A DNA stretch of 64,000 nucleotides. It comes from Octopus sinensis. Its lineage: Eukaryota. The position numbers were made by a program, and so were the translations under genes. The notes under the pieces are model-generated. The model was not told the DNA's origin and ran no database searches. It saw only the letters and a list, made by a program, of their open reading frames with translations. The stretch is taken from the NCBI RefSeq assembly GCF_006345805.1, contig NC_043010.1:4402001-4466000 (forward strand). The letters run 5' to 3'. Every line of letters starts with the position of its first letter. Positions within the stretch are counted from its first letter, which is position 1. Shown one piece after another: positions 1 to 14,543 of the stretch.

Positions 1-638
1 TCAGCAAAGCCATGAGTAAATAGCATTATGAGTTTAAATTCCAATTTACTTCTATAAGCAAAGGTTTCACACTTTCACACCATTTTTGGTTGGAAAGCAT
101 AGCAACAATATATTCATCACAGAAAATTTTTTCATAGATTATAAATGCTTCATAATCTAATTTGGCCAAGGTGATGAAAATGAAAATCTATTTTCATAAA
201 TGCCATATATTATTGTGAAAAGCTGCCTATTTGAAATAAGTGAAATACATTATTTGCAGATTAAGTAGGTTAAAGGGGAAAAATAAATTGAATATGAAAG
301 GTTGAATAGATTGCCCCTTAGGATAAAGAGAATAAAAATTACGAATAAATTCATCTAACTTGGTGAAATTTTAATAGCAGCTTCTTAGCCTATATTTTGT
401 CTAAGATATGAAGAGAACAATCTATCTTTCTTTCTCTCTCTTACACCCATCCATGTAGGTGTCTTTGCTTAGATGCATCTGCATTTCCTTCTCTTTATCT
501 CTCTCTGTCTACATTCAAAGATGTATGTGAGCATATACACACACACATATATATATACATATACATACATATATAAATACGTACACACATATATATATAG
601 TATGCATGTATGTATATATATATCTTTTATACATAGCC

Positions 639-680
<42 letters not shown>

Positions 681-819
681 TTGCATGTCTTTTAGCAGTG
701 GCTTGTCAGTTTCAAAGTGGTTTAGAATGAGAAAAGTAAGCTCCTTCCCAACACTTGCTTAGGGTCTCACCTTGGGGAAATAACAAAACCTCACCCACTA
801 GATTCAATTCTTTCTTTAG

Positions 820-979
820 ACTCCAAAATTTCATTCACCTGAATAAAGATGTCCAAAATGACTGCAAGTCTATGTCTCATGCCGATAATATCCGGTTATT
901 GGTAAACCTAGCAGAGCTGACAATGGAACAGATGGAGAGTAGTGGAATCCCAGTTCAATTTAATCCTGTTTCAATTCAC
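820..979 (+). CDS. Internal coding exon candidate of an unidentified host gene
   Basis: Acceptor ttctttctttag|, donor |gtgagt, 160 nt open: (R)LQNFIHLNKDVQNDCKSMSHADNIRLLVNLAELTMEQMESSGIPVQFNPVSIH. Non-repetitive and GC-richer than flanks. Ends in phase 0. Confidence 0.55.
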
Positions 980-1102
980 GTGAGTTGTTAGTGCAGATTA
1001 CAAATGTTTCAATAAAACCTTAATTCAGTCTTGATAATTTTGTCTTCAACCAAACTGAGATGATATCCTTATATATATATATATATATATTTGTACACAC
1101 AC

Positions 1103-1138
<36 letters not shown>

Positions 1139-1850
1139 ATTATATTATATATATTATTTATGTGTGTATTTAAATGTGTGTCTGTCTGGTGGTGGGGAAG
1201 GCAGAGAGAAGGAGATAAAAAGAGATATTTAACTGTTGTAAATCCATTTTCCCATGTTAGAACGGGTGAATGGTTTTGCATATTTAGATATTTGCATATT
1301 GTTGGAGCAAATGTTTTTACAGTTGGATGCCTTTCCTAATGTTAACTAGCCAACCATAAAGCGGGGCTGAGACTATTTTTCAGCTACCTATGCTGAGGCA
1401 ATGCACTTTGAACTCATTAAAGTGTGGTCAGCAGTCCAGCACATCATATTAATGGCCTTTGCATCTCTGTCTATAGATGCCTGCGTATATATGTGTGTAT
1501 ATATGTATATATATATATGTGTGTATGTGTGTGTGTGTGTGTGTTTGTGATATATGTATATATTATGTATGATTGTTAGTATATGTTAGTGTGTAAGTAT
1601 CTACATAAGTGTATATGTATGCATATTTGTATGAATGAATGTATCTGTCAATTCATTAAAACGCACACACATGCATATGTACACATACTCACACACATTT
1701 AACTAGCTACATGTATATATCTAAATGCATGTATTGGAGGGTATTTATACTCGTCTCCACATTGCAGAATGGCTGTTTCTTACACATATTTGCATACACA
1801 CTTGCACATATGCATGCATGCATCATACATACTTACATACATACACCTTC

Positions 1851-1900
<50 letters not shown>

Positions 1901-2583
1901 CTATATATATATGTGTGTATATACATGTATGCATGTATATATATATATATATATGTACACATGAAATTACACACATATTCACATATGAATATTTGTATGT
2001 GTGCCCATATACGTATGTGCAAATATATACTGAAACACATGTATATATGAGACAACCAAACAAGTAGAACGAAAAGTTATTTATTCAGAAAGCTGGGGAT
2101 GTTGGGAAAAGCTTTTGATTACATTCAGCCATTTACTTGTAAAATAAGTGAAATCCGAAATGAGTAAAATATATAAGTATATATATATAAATATATGTAT
2201 ATATGTGTCTGTATGTGTGTGTGTGTATGTAAACAAATAAAAATTCAGAAAAATAAAGGAAAAGGAAAATAAAAGAAAATAAAAATTGAGAGATTCAACA
2301 TTATGGAATTATATATCTATGCCAATAAATCAATAATCAATCACTTAGTGAGATATTGAGTAGTTTTGTATAGATGAGAAGGACATTTAAAGTAAACCCA
2401 GCTGAATAAATTCAGATAAATCACACTCAGACCAAAATATGGTGTAGTAGGCAATGATTAACATAGCAAGAATTGGAAACCACACAGCGGCCTCCTGGGG
2501 TTCACAGCCACAGATACATCCAACTTTCTCTATTAAATTTTTAATCACTTATGGAGTGAAAAATATCAATAATATATATTAAT

Positions 2584-2652
<69 letters not shown>

Positions 2653-3002
2653 GGTGTGTGTGTGTGTGGTGTGTGTGTGTGTGTGTTGTGTGTGTGTGTA
2701 TGTATGTATGTATGTTGTGTGTGTGTGGTGTTGTGTGTATGTACATACACATGTATATATGAAAGAGAGAAAGGAAAAGAATGAGTATATTTTTGTATCT
2801 AACCCTGTAGTTATGCATGTATGTCTGCAAATTGTGTGTGTGTGTGTATGTATGTATGTGTATATATACATATATATATATATTATATATATATGTATAT
2901 GTATATGTATATGTATATATACATATATATATTATGTATATATGTATATATATGTATATGTTATATATATATATGTAATATATATATGTATATGTATATA
3001 TA

Positions 3003-3076
<74 letters not shown>

Positions 3077-3527
3077 TGTATATAATATGTATATATATGT
3101 ATATATATGTTATATATATATATGTATATATATGTATATATTATATATATATATATATTATATATATACACATATATATATATATATACACATGTATGCC
3201 TATAATATATATATAGAGAGAGATATATAGCTAGATGGACAGATTTGGTAACAATAGATGAAACAGAATTCAATACATAAGAGTACTTATTTATGTCTAT
3301 ATTTTTTAATCAGTTGTAAAATTAAAGTGATTTTGAAAGCTGAGACTTTCACACAATCCAGGAGTTTGTTGAGTTGTCTCTGGACTTAAATATTAGCACC
3401 AGTCTTATAACAATGTATGACATTGTCTGATCCTCTAAAAGTTCTGCCAATCCACTGTATACACATGTTTGTGTGTGTGTGTGTGGATGTACATATGAAC
3501 ATTCATATATCTATCCCTGGGAATGCA

Positions 3528-3772
<245 letters not shown>

Positions 3773-3886
3773 AACATATATATATATAAACTTTTACATA
3801 CGCAGACACACACACAAATGTATATATATATATATGTATATACAGACTCATACTTACATACCAATTACCTATGTATGTCTGCATAT

Positions 3887-3931
<45 letters not shown>

Positions 3932-4639
3932 ACCCACACACCCACACCCACACACTCATAAAGTTAGATTGGTAGAACTATAGGAGAGTATGGCAACTTA
4001 TTGTGCATTATCTGTTGTAGGTCTTTGCTCCATAACAGCAATGTCTACTACAATTCAGGTGCTAACATTTATTGGGCCAAATTGATAGCATTTCCTTGGA
4101 TAAATATTGCTGGTGAAGAACAGAGAGTTTTGCATGCACATCATAAAACTGACGGTCAGTTTTCATAAAATTTTGCCCAAGCCTTTGCCTGTGTGTGCAG
4201 ATGCAAGGTCAACCTTGACTATGATAGGTTCTGTATATTTTCATGTACTTTGTCATTTCATTTTCTTGTCACATCACAGTTCTTCTAGTGCTCTGAAGTT
4301 GAACAATCTGCTGATAATGTGATAAAACAGCAATGGTTTTCACTTGACAGCTGATGAGGGGGAGTATAGTGTCTATGCTTTTGTCATGACTGGTGCATTT
4401 TCCCTGTAATCCATTCTTAATTTTTTTCCTATGTGATCATAATGTTACTGGCTTTTGGCATCACATTCATATACATTGTTTATATGAATGTATGTCTGTC
4501 TGTGCTTCTATGTGTATGTATATTTGTGTGTGTGTATGTATGTGTGGTCTATAGTTTCCTAGTTCTTTGTATATATGAATTCTGGTCTACTTATTGTTTA
4601 ATGCTTTACCTATTCACTTCCTGTACTCAAACACCAATT

Positions 4640-5620
4640 TGCCATCACCATCAAACAATATCTTTCCTTTTCAGTGATGACACTTACTTTCATTCTCATT
4701 TAATCTTACCCAGTCATACATCATCTATATGCAACCTATAAACTACACACAACATCTCTAATTTCAGAAAAGGAGACCCTGAAAGTTTCCTATAGTGACC
4801 GAGCTAATCTTCTTCCTTTTAACAACCAAAATCTCAAAAACAAAATCACTGATATCAAGAAATTATCAGAGCGATTGTCCCTTTAAAATTATGCAACACA
4901 CAAATTAGTAAATCCACTCTCCCTCCAAATGTTAAGCTTTCAATTACCAAGAGTATCTCTTAATGAAAGCACATGATTGCATAGCATCTCAATGGCTAGT
5001 TCATCTCTTCTAAATATTTCACCCTATCAAACTGCCTCCTACTAACAACCTACAAACCTCAAGTGAGACCTCTGATGGAGCATTACTCCTTCATCAGGGA
5101 CAGTACTGTTTCTGCACACACAGCCATCCTTGGATACATCCCCCCACCAAAAAAACATCATTCAAATGGTTACCATAAAATTCACTAACACAATTCAAGC
5201 TTTAGCCCACAGGTGTGTCCCTTGTCTCTAGCTTTTCCACTGTTAATATAAGTGTTTGTTCGTTGCAACTGTCAGAACTCTGTCTACCACGACTGCCACT
5301 CCTAAATCACCCATCTCTTTTTCTCTAATCCATCTATTCTCCAGGCACCATACCAATGACTATGCCTAGATCTCTCTTAGAATATCAGCTCTATGGAATT
5401 CACTCTATGATTATGTTTCCCTGCTGGTGTCAAATTGCAAAAGCTTGCCTTGAGCATTAAAATATCAGTCTCACTGGTCTCCCAGTAGTAGATACATGGC
5501 TTTCCAGTAAACCTTATGGCTCTCTACACTCTCAGGTCTAATTAATTTACTGTTCAACATTTGGATGGAAGTTGAAAATATCATACACATATTGGTCAAT
5601 TTTACCCTTCCTCTCACTTT
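4640..5620 (+). mobile_element. Highly decayed CR1/L2-type LINE reverse transcriptase remnant
   Basis: cccacaggtgtgtcccttgtctctagcttttc near 5206 resembles a degraded GVPQGSVLGPLLF motif. No intact ORF. Confidence 0.35.
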
Positions 5621-6178
5621 TACTCTTTGTCCATCTGTCTGCCTCTCTCTATGGAAAAAATCTGTTATGACCAGAGCTGAAGGTGGTCAGGTTGCATAAG
5701 GCCTAGAGGTGCTCATGATATGCTGTATGTCATGTGGTGAATCTGTGACTCCAAGTTTATGAAGGCAAGGCATGGTATGAATATGTAGAGCTACACACAC
5801 ACACACACACATATAGTGTGCGTGTGTATGTTGCTGTATACAAGAGATGAAAGCCAGTATAATAAAGGTTATTGTAGAATAATATAATACAATCTTCACA
5901 ATGCACTAGAAATCTTTTCATGATGTGAAGTCATATTTTCAAAATTCATTCTCCAAGTGTGAACACAAATTACACCTGTTTCATCATTTTTTTGTTCAGT
6001 CTGACGTTGGTTACTTGAAACTCTCATCAACAGTTTGTGAAGTTTTTCCAGATCCAATAAAGCACTACTTTTAATTCTATGTTCAGTACTTAAGTACTAT
6101 TTTCCACTAGGTTTTGCACATGTCTGCTTCAAAATACATACATACATACACACACACACATATATATATATATATATG

Positions 6179-6217
<39 letters not shown>

Positions 6218-6323
6218 CATATATATATCCTATAATATAATATAAACAATTCTCCTATATATGTACATATATATATATAAACATATATATAACAAATTCT
6301 CCTATATATATGCAGATATATAT

Positions 6324-6366
<43 letters not shown>

Positions 6367-6371
6367 ATAAT

Positions 6372-6462
<91 letters not shown>

Positions 6463-6608
6463 ATATATATAAATACATATATATATGTGTGTGTACATAT
6501 ATGGGAGAATTTGTTTGGGGGTTTGAAAATGCACCTGAATCTCAAAATGTGTAGTTTTTAAATTTTGTAATATATATATATATATATATATAATATAATA
6601 TATATATT

Positions 6609-6663
<55 letters not shown>

Positions 6664-6672
6664 TATATATAT

Positions 6673-6725
<53 letters not shown>

Positions 6726-7111
6726 TATATATAATAATATATATATGTGTATATATATATATATATATTATATATATATATATAGATATATACATATATA
6801 CATACATACACACACACATATATATATGTATATGCATGTGTCAGAATACATACAACTTTTTATGCACACACACACACTCAAATACATATGTGTGGGGGTG
6901 AGGGACGTGAAGGTGCATTTTTTTGTTTCTGAGTATTCATATGTTCATAACTAAGTTAGGAGTGACTGAATTATTGTTATAAATATTATATGTGATCATA
7001 TAAATGTTCTCACATGTATAAACATGCCCTCCTTCATATAAATATAAACTTTTGATTGTGTACACACACACACACACACACATAAACACACACACACACG
7101 TGTGCTTGCAT

Positions 7112-7144
<33 letters not shown>

Positions 7145-7543
7145 TATTGCCCCACTCCCCTTTCTTTAAGTTTCACTTCATACCTTAGCTTATATGTTTG
7201 TGTGTGTATATAAACATAATTCATATTTACATACACATACACACTTAAACATATGCATATGCATATACAGATACGTGTTTACATTTATGGAGACTTACAT
7301 ACACACATACATGTACACACACACATACACACACACACACACCACACACACACACACACACATATATATATTATATATATATATATAAGCATACTCAATG
7401 TATACAATAACAGAAATACTCCAGCATGGCCTTATCTATGTTGGTTAAGACAAACTAAAGAATTAAAGTATATTACACATATGTCCCATTGTGCCACACA
7501 TATTCATAGATAAAATCATTGACTCTCTGTCTCTCTTTCTGAC

Positions 7544-7607
<64 letters not shown>

Positions 7608-7939
7608 GTATATGTATATGTATGTATGTATGTATATGATTAATCAAAATACATATAAATACATGTGTATATGTATACACATATAAATATTATTTCATCA
7701 TCATCATCGTTATCTAACATTCATGTTCCATGCTGGTATGGGTTGAATTATCTGGACTTTCCTATATCTTCTGTTTCCGAAGAAGAGCTTTGCTCAAAAG
7801 GTAAAACAACCACACTTTCTTTCTTTCCTTCTCTGAGCATCTTATTAGTACTTTGCATGTACCACGTCCTCGTGTTGTTTTTTTCTTGTTGTCTTTTTTT
7901 TTGTTTTTTCTTATTAATTACACACACACACACTTACAC

Positions 7940-8022
<83 letters not shown>

Positions 8023-8593
8023 AACACACACAGAGAGACACGTCTGTACACATATAAATATGCATCCACATGTATGTATGTATATATATATCTATATATA
8101 TGTAAACAAATAAACTTTTTGTGTATATAAACAGACTTGTACGTAACTGGTTGAAACTATTAAACAATTTGACCAACAAAACTGTGCTGTATGTTTGCAT
8201 TCGGTTTTTGATGTTTTGGTTTTGTTGCTTTACAAACCTATGTTATGTATACTTTTCTAACTTTGCATTCATACATTTAGATATATCATATTAATTGCCT
8301 TTGCTTAATATAAAAGTAAATCATGTTCATAAAACTCTGTGTAAATTCCTATGTACTATTTTCAAAACACCTGCAGAATTTACCTTTTAAATTACTAGAA
8401 ATTAGTTTGGCAAAATAAAAAGGAAAAAACAATTAGAAAATATCTTCATAACAAGATTAAGTTTAATAGAAAATTACAGAAATGTATTTTTGTAATAAAT
8501 ATATCACTTAAATATGTAATTATGCAAAAGAACAAAAATAATGATAATAATTAATCAAAGAACAAATGAATTATGGAAAGAAATAACTACTCA

Positions 8594-8940
8594 CTGATGC
8601 AGGTAAATCCTTGAAAGTTTTCTTGAGATTAGAAGTGTATCCTGCTGTCGAGTTGTATTCAATGCTAGCTGCTGTTGTGTGCTGCTAATATTATATATGG
8701 CTTGGTCTGTGTTGTGTGAGCATCAGCTAGAAAGAAAGTGGTAGAAGGGGAGTGAGACCAATACAGAGAGAGAGAGTGTGTTTATATGTGAGAGAGGGAG
8801 TGTGAGAGAGGTCTGCAGTCCTATCTCATGTAAAGTGAATGTAATGTCTGCTGCAGCCAATGACAGGCTGGTTTGTGGTTCCCATGGAAGGGAAATGGAA
8901 ACCCTGCCTCTACTTCTTGTAGCAGAGAAGTAGATTAACT
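8594..8940 (-). promoter_or_regulatory. Possible promoter and non-coding first exon (minus strand)
   Basis: GTGAGT donor at 8593-8588 on minus strand, GA/TC tract, CCAAT motifs (agccaatga near 8855), short hairpin ctacttct/agaagtag. No ATG-led ORF. Confidence 0.25.
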
Positions 8941-9871
8941 GAAGGATTGAGTCATTGAGAATTATATCAGTTCTTACACACTTTTCTATATATTCAACTC
9001 ACAGCTATAATTTAGTTTCACAATACATTTTTGAAATACTATTCACTTTTTTCCATAATTAAATAACACTGACTGTTAATAAACAGCTTTTCAGATAAAT
9101 CAATTTAAATTCAATATCTGTCAAAAAGAAAACTATTTAATAGATTCAACAATAACTTATCCTCAGTCTATTTTGTCAGTTCTTATGGAATCAGGCATTT
9201 TTCAAGGAAAATTCTGTGGTCATTGAAGTTATCTCATTATAGCTATATATCTTTATTGACATAAATTTCTAAAGTAAAAAAGACAAAAAGAAAAATATAA
9301 AGACAAAATAAATAAAGGGACATGAATTATCTATAATATTACCTTTTCAAAGGCTTATAGTTATCTGAATCAAAGTTCAGCATATATGGATTTATGTCCG
9401 CAAGTAAATGATCAATGCAAAAAATAAAAAAATATGAAAATAGAAAAGAAATTATTGATTCTGTACTTACATTAAGTTTTCCTTTTTTATAGCTATTTTT
9501 CACACTTGTTTAGCAGACAATATCTATTTTAATGAAAGATTTTTCTTATCTTCAGAATGGAAAAAGTTTTTACTTCTTTATTGAATTATATTAAAATTTC
9601 TCTCTTCACTTTTTTCCTCTCTCGTTACTGACACAATAATGAAATCATATTGTCAGTGTCTGTTTAAGCTAATGAAATTTATAGACTAAGTTTAAAGAAA
9701 GTAATTAGTAATGTTGCTATCACACTCTATATTATCGACACAGCCAGTTTAAGCATCTTAAAGAGTATCTATGATTATGATGTAGGTGTGTGCTGGAGAT
9801 ATACTTTTAATCTTTGTTGTTGTTGTTTTTCTTTTCCTTCATCTCTTTTTCCTTTTTTCTTTTTTCAAAAG

Positions 9872-10009
9872 GTTGAATCTTTAAATGAGATTATAAAGAA
9901 TAACTATGGATGGATATTGGAAGCACCAGTTAAAATTAGCAACAAAAAAGAAAACAAAAACATCTTTGAGGTTTACTTAGCTTACTTAGTGCCATTATTG
10001 ATCTTATAG
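9872..10009 (+). CDS. Coding exon candidate (terminal, or internal ending at 9970), phase-compatible with exon 820-979
   Basis: Strong acceptor ccttttttctttttttcaaaag|; reads VESLNEIIKNNYGWILEAPVKISNKKENKNIFE then either donor gtttac at 9971 or VYLAYLVPLLIL* to TAG 10007-10009. Phase 0 start matches the phase 0 end of 820-979. Confidence 0.45.
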   Translation, partial: VESLNEIIKNNYGWILEAPVKISNKKENKNIFEVYLAYLVPLLIL

Positions 10010-13000
10010 AATATCTTTAAATGTATCCCTTATTTTGATTTACTGGACATTGTCCGTAGTTTGTTCAGCATCGCTGACTTCAGCTTGAATGATATCAGCA
10101 GAAGAATTTTACTAGAAAAGGACTTGGAAAATAATCAACTCTTCCATTCACTATCATGCTAAACTGGTGCCTAATCTTCTGGAAGAAACTTGTATTGAGT
10201 CTTGAGACATTATTCAGAGTCTAACAGACTCCAATAGCAACTCCCCAGCTGCAGCAGTCAGGCAAAGATGGCAGTTGGCATATTCTGAAGTGCACAGCTC
10301 ATCATGAGGTTTAGATTTGATTCCATACAGTTGAACTGCTTCCAAGGAATTTACATTTTTTGCCAGATTTTGTTACCACGCTGCTTCTGCATATTCTAAA
10401 TGTGAATGTATCTAGTTTTAATACAGACCAATTGATATATCTTTCTCTTGGCTGACCACTGCTGGACTCAACCAGCAGAGCATTTGATTGGCTTTGTTAA
10501 TGGCGTAAATCCTCTTACCATTTGCCTTAGATCTCTTTCAATCAATACTATGAGGTCTTACCCTACATCACTGTCTTCTAGTGTCTTCTAATTGATTGCA
10601 TTGAATACTAAAAGTAACATGGTTATTCTAAATACCAGTGATTCTGTAAAACATCAGGTAGGAAAATTCAGATATCTGATGCAAAATATTTTGCACAATT
10701 ATTAGTGTTGTAAATTTTCAATGAAATAATGGTCAATTGTCAAACTGGCATGAATGCTTGTCTTATTTTTATTTATCTTAACTATTTTGAAGATTTTCAA
10801 GTGAAATTCTGAAACCGTAAAGCAGATCCAAAATTCATTACCATTCTGCTATACTCAAAGTTCAATGAAATAAGAACAGATTATGTACCACTTCAAAAGT
10901 CCAGATGCATAAAGGTTTGGACCAGAATTCTCTATTAGCTTTTGTGCAGTTGTTAATCCAAAACGCAATAACATTTACATCAGTTAACATCACTTTATTT
11001 GCAAATAGTATGTTTTAAAATTTAATATATCAGAAATGAAAACTTAGTAGCCATTCATAGCTGCACTGATCTTTTTACTGATTTAACTTTGTCTTGAGTT
11101 ATTGTCTTACTTATTTAAATGTGATGCACATAACAATGAAGAGAGCATTACAAAAAGAAATAAAATGAGATCTGTACCTTTTACTTGTGCTCTTCAACAG
11201 CCTTCGATTAGACTTCTCATTCTTTCAAAGAAAAGCTCTGTTTGAAGCATCAGTATTCACTTTACCTCTCAGTACCTGACCTCATTTTATCTAATGAATC
11301 TTACACCTGTACTCTAATTAAGTTTTTATGATTGTATTAGTTGTGTATTTGTACACTATTCCCTCATAGAGATTGTGTGAAATATACAACTTGCATTATG
11401 GTAAATTTGTGAAAATCTTGAATATGTGGCTTCATTTGGATTATCTGCATCAGTGTTCAATATTGTATCAAGCATACTGATGTTTATAGAATGTTTACGC
11501 AATAGGCATTCTTGATGACTTATGGATTGTATACATCAACACAGGGCATCAAATTTATTAAATTAGTTAACTCTTTTAAAGGTCTATATTATGATACTGA
11601 ATAACAAAATTTAACTGTACACACACACAAAAAAAAACTATCTTTGCAATTTTATTTAATATTGTAAATATAACATTATATATTACAACTAGTTTTCTCC
11701 ATTCTGTTATGTCACTTAGATATAGTTTTATGATATAACATTTTTTTAAAATATGAAGTATGTATACTGGCAATAAAAACCTAATTATTCAATAATATTT
11801 ATCTTAAAGACTTCACTATAATTATTAACTGTGTCATATTGCAGAATACAAGAAATATATAAATAAAATAGATTTATCTTTGAAAAAGCTAAGCAGTTCT
11901 CAGTGTTTAGGAAAATCTATTGTAACATCAGACATTTTCTAAAGTATGACCAATAGAGGCTCTTGAGGTGGAAATGAGAAAGAAAACTCTTATAAACCTA
12001 TAGAAATTTGTGCTACGTACCACAGTAGGATTTCAAATGGAAATCAATGTTATCAATAAAATTGATATTCTTTAATCTTAACAAATGAAATAAAATTTCA
12101 AAGAGAGAAATCAATACGTAAAAATAATACTTGCTTTTATAGAGTACATTCCCCTCTGCCAGTATGTCTTTTATAGTGAGTTCTATTTTTCTTGTGATCA
12201 CAGGAACAAAGAGGAGACCTTTTTTGATGCGTTTTACTATCAAGCAAAGAAATACTATTCGTTCTGTCAAGTTTATGTCATGTCTAGAAACAAGAATCTC
12301 ATAATATCTTTTAGCACAATATGAACATACTAATTTCTTGAAAGAATCAATACAGATAACATAAAAAGACATGTATGTTCACAAAGAAACCTATACACTC
12401 GGTAATGTGTTAGCAATATATACATATTAACGATGACAACGATGCTGATGTTGATGATGATGATGAGGATGACATTGATAATAATGTCAACGATGACAAT
12501 GATGTTGATTATGACAATGGTAATGACAATGCTGCTGATGATGATGATTTAGCATTTAAGATTATATTAATGAGTGGTTCTCAAAAATTAGGGTGATTTA
12601 TTTATGAGAATTTTGTGTAAAGATTAAATCTTTGTTTCTCAAATTTTCTAAATATTTCGAACCACTCAAACATAAAAGAAAACAATGCAATAAACAAATT
12701 AAATTAATAATTTGTTAATCATTTTGTTTCTTTATCTATTCCCTAGCTCATTCAAGCTCCATTTTATATTCATGAAACTGTTTAACTACAAGCAAAACCC
12801 TCTTTCTCTCTGTAAGTAGTCAGCTAAACAAGAGAAGAAGGATGTTGCAATTGTTTGTCTTTTGTTTAAAATATTTCTTTAATTTTTGCTCCAAGTTATA
12901 TTTCTCTAATATTTGTACAATGCTTTAAAATATTATAAAGGTATTGAAAAGCTGAAAACTATAATAAAACCAAATCTGATAATCTTAAATATTCTTCTAA

Positions 13001-14075
13001 TAAAATTAGAGAAATTATTGTGATAGAATCTGTTTAAATCTGACAAGAAAAAATAGATAACAATGTTTACGTTTATAGAAAAGTTTTATTGGAATAGTTT
13101 AAGGGCACAAAAAACAAAACAAAACAAACATTTTTCTTATTCTTCTCCCTCCTCCTCCTCTACCTCCTTCTCCTCCTCTTCAACTTCTTTTTCTTCTTCT
13201 TCATCTTCTTATTCTTATGTGTAGTTAGTATTCATGTATGTGTGTGTGTGTGGTTTTCATTCATTATGCCTCAGTAATATAATCTAATACTTTAATATGA
13301 CGTGATGATTTGATGGAAGGCTAAAGAGACTTGGCTTTTGGGAAGATGTTTACTGTTACACAAATAACATTCTGCTTAAGGTGGTCATTTGCTGAAGAAA
13401 ACATTAACTCTAATATTGCAAGACATGCTTCCTAAGCTTAATTGAAAGTTTAAAACTAGAATGACTATCACGATTATTTCTCTTACTAAATTTAATGAAA
13501 GATAAATGTAGAACTGAAACAGTGCAAAAGGTAAGAGAAAATAGGTGGTGGTGGGGGGGTGATACAAAGCCATAGAAATGCAACATATTTATTATTGAAA
13601 GGGTTCAGTTTGAACAGATCTGCAACTTCAAATCAAACTTAATTAATTATGAAAGCCTCATTTTGGTTTACAACTGAAATATTTAAATCTCTAAGCTTGG
13701 GAAGATCAAGTAGATGAAGTGAGAAACAAACAAACTGTCAACCAAAATTGTTTAAATGCATATTTTCTATTAAGAGGGTAATTTTAGATAACATCACACA
13801 TTCTGAACACATAAATAGTAAATGTCTTTTGGTTTCCTTTCGGTTTTTTTGTTTTCATCTCTTATTTTGTACCAGCAATAGTGAAATATTAAAGGAACAA
13901 TTATTTTTTTTATACTGGAGTATATTACAAATATACATAGTTCTGCTTAAATAATGCAACAGTATCTTATATAAATGAATGTATGTATGTACGTATGTAT
14001 GTATACGTACTTATATACACACACAAATGCACACATACATACACACATATATATATATATATACATACTCTCTCT

Positions 14076-14124
<49 letters not shown>

Positions 14125-14256
14125 TATTATTCAATACAGAGACTGGCAGAAAATATTTTTATTTTGACCCTGTAAAAGAATAGTGAAAATAAAAAAAAAA
14201 AACAATAATTTATGAGTCAATTCAACTTTAGAAGAATTTAGTACCAAATCTACATT

Positions 14257-14543
14257 TTATGAGTTTGGTAATATTTTTGGTACTGCAGGGAGTGGCTTAG
14301 CATATGATGTGAAACTATTCCTACTTGGTAAATTCCACAACTGTGTAGGTATAGTAGAACTGGAAGTGTTCACACGTATTGATTTCAAATCAATAACATC
14401 ATTGCAATGAGAATTCTGGCCAGCATCGTTTTGGTCAAAGCAACCACCACCTGTTGTCTTTGATTCTGTTGATTTATTTAGTATCTGTGGTAAAGACATT
14501 GAACCTGTAGTGTGGAGTTTTTTTTGTTTGAAAGGCTTGAAAC
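14257..14543 (-). CDS. Terminal coding exon candidate of an unidentified minus-strand gene
   Basis: Strong acceptor ttttctttctttttctcttcag|; phase-1 frame open about 95 codons: FKPFKQKKLHTTGSMSLPQILNKSTESK...SFTSYAKPLPAVPKILPNS*. Contains a KPLPxxP proline motif. Confidence 0.5.

Noticed and set aside
696-735. Plus-strand exon-like segment (ttttag|...|gtaagc)
   Set aside because: Its only open frame ends in phase 0, which hits a stop when joined to exon 820.
4340-4420. CUGAUGA-gggg hammerhead-like start
   Set aside because: No GAAA core downstream (gtaa instead); too decayed.
5890-6100. Open frames of 54-64 codons on both strands
   Set aside because: No convincing splice-site pair or recognisable homology.
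12013-12372. 119-aa minus ORF ending near a gtacgt donor
   Set aside because: AT-rich, no recognisable motif, no clear acceptor; may lie in the 3' UTR of the 14257 gene.
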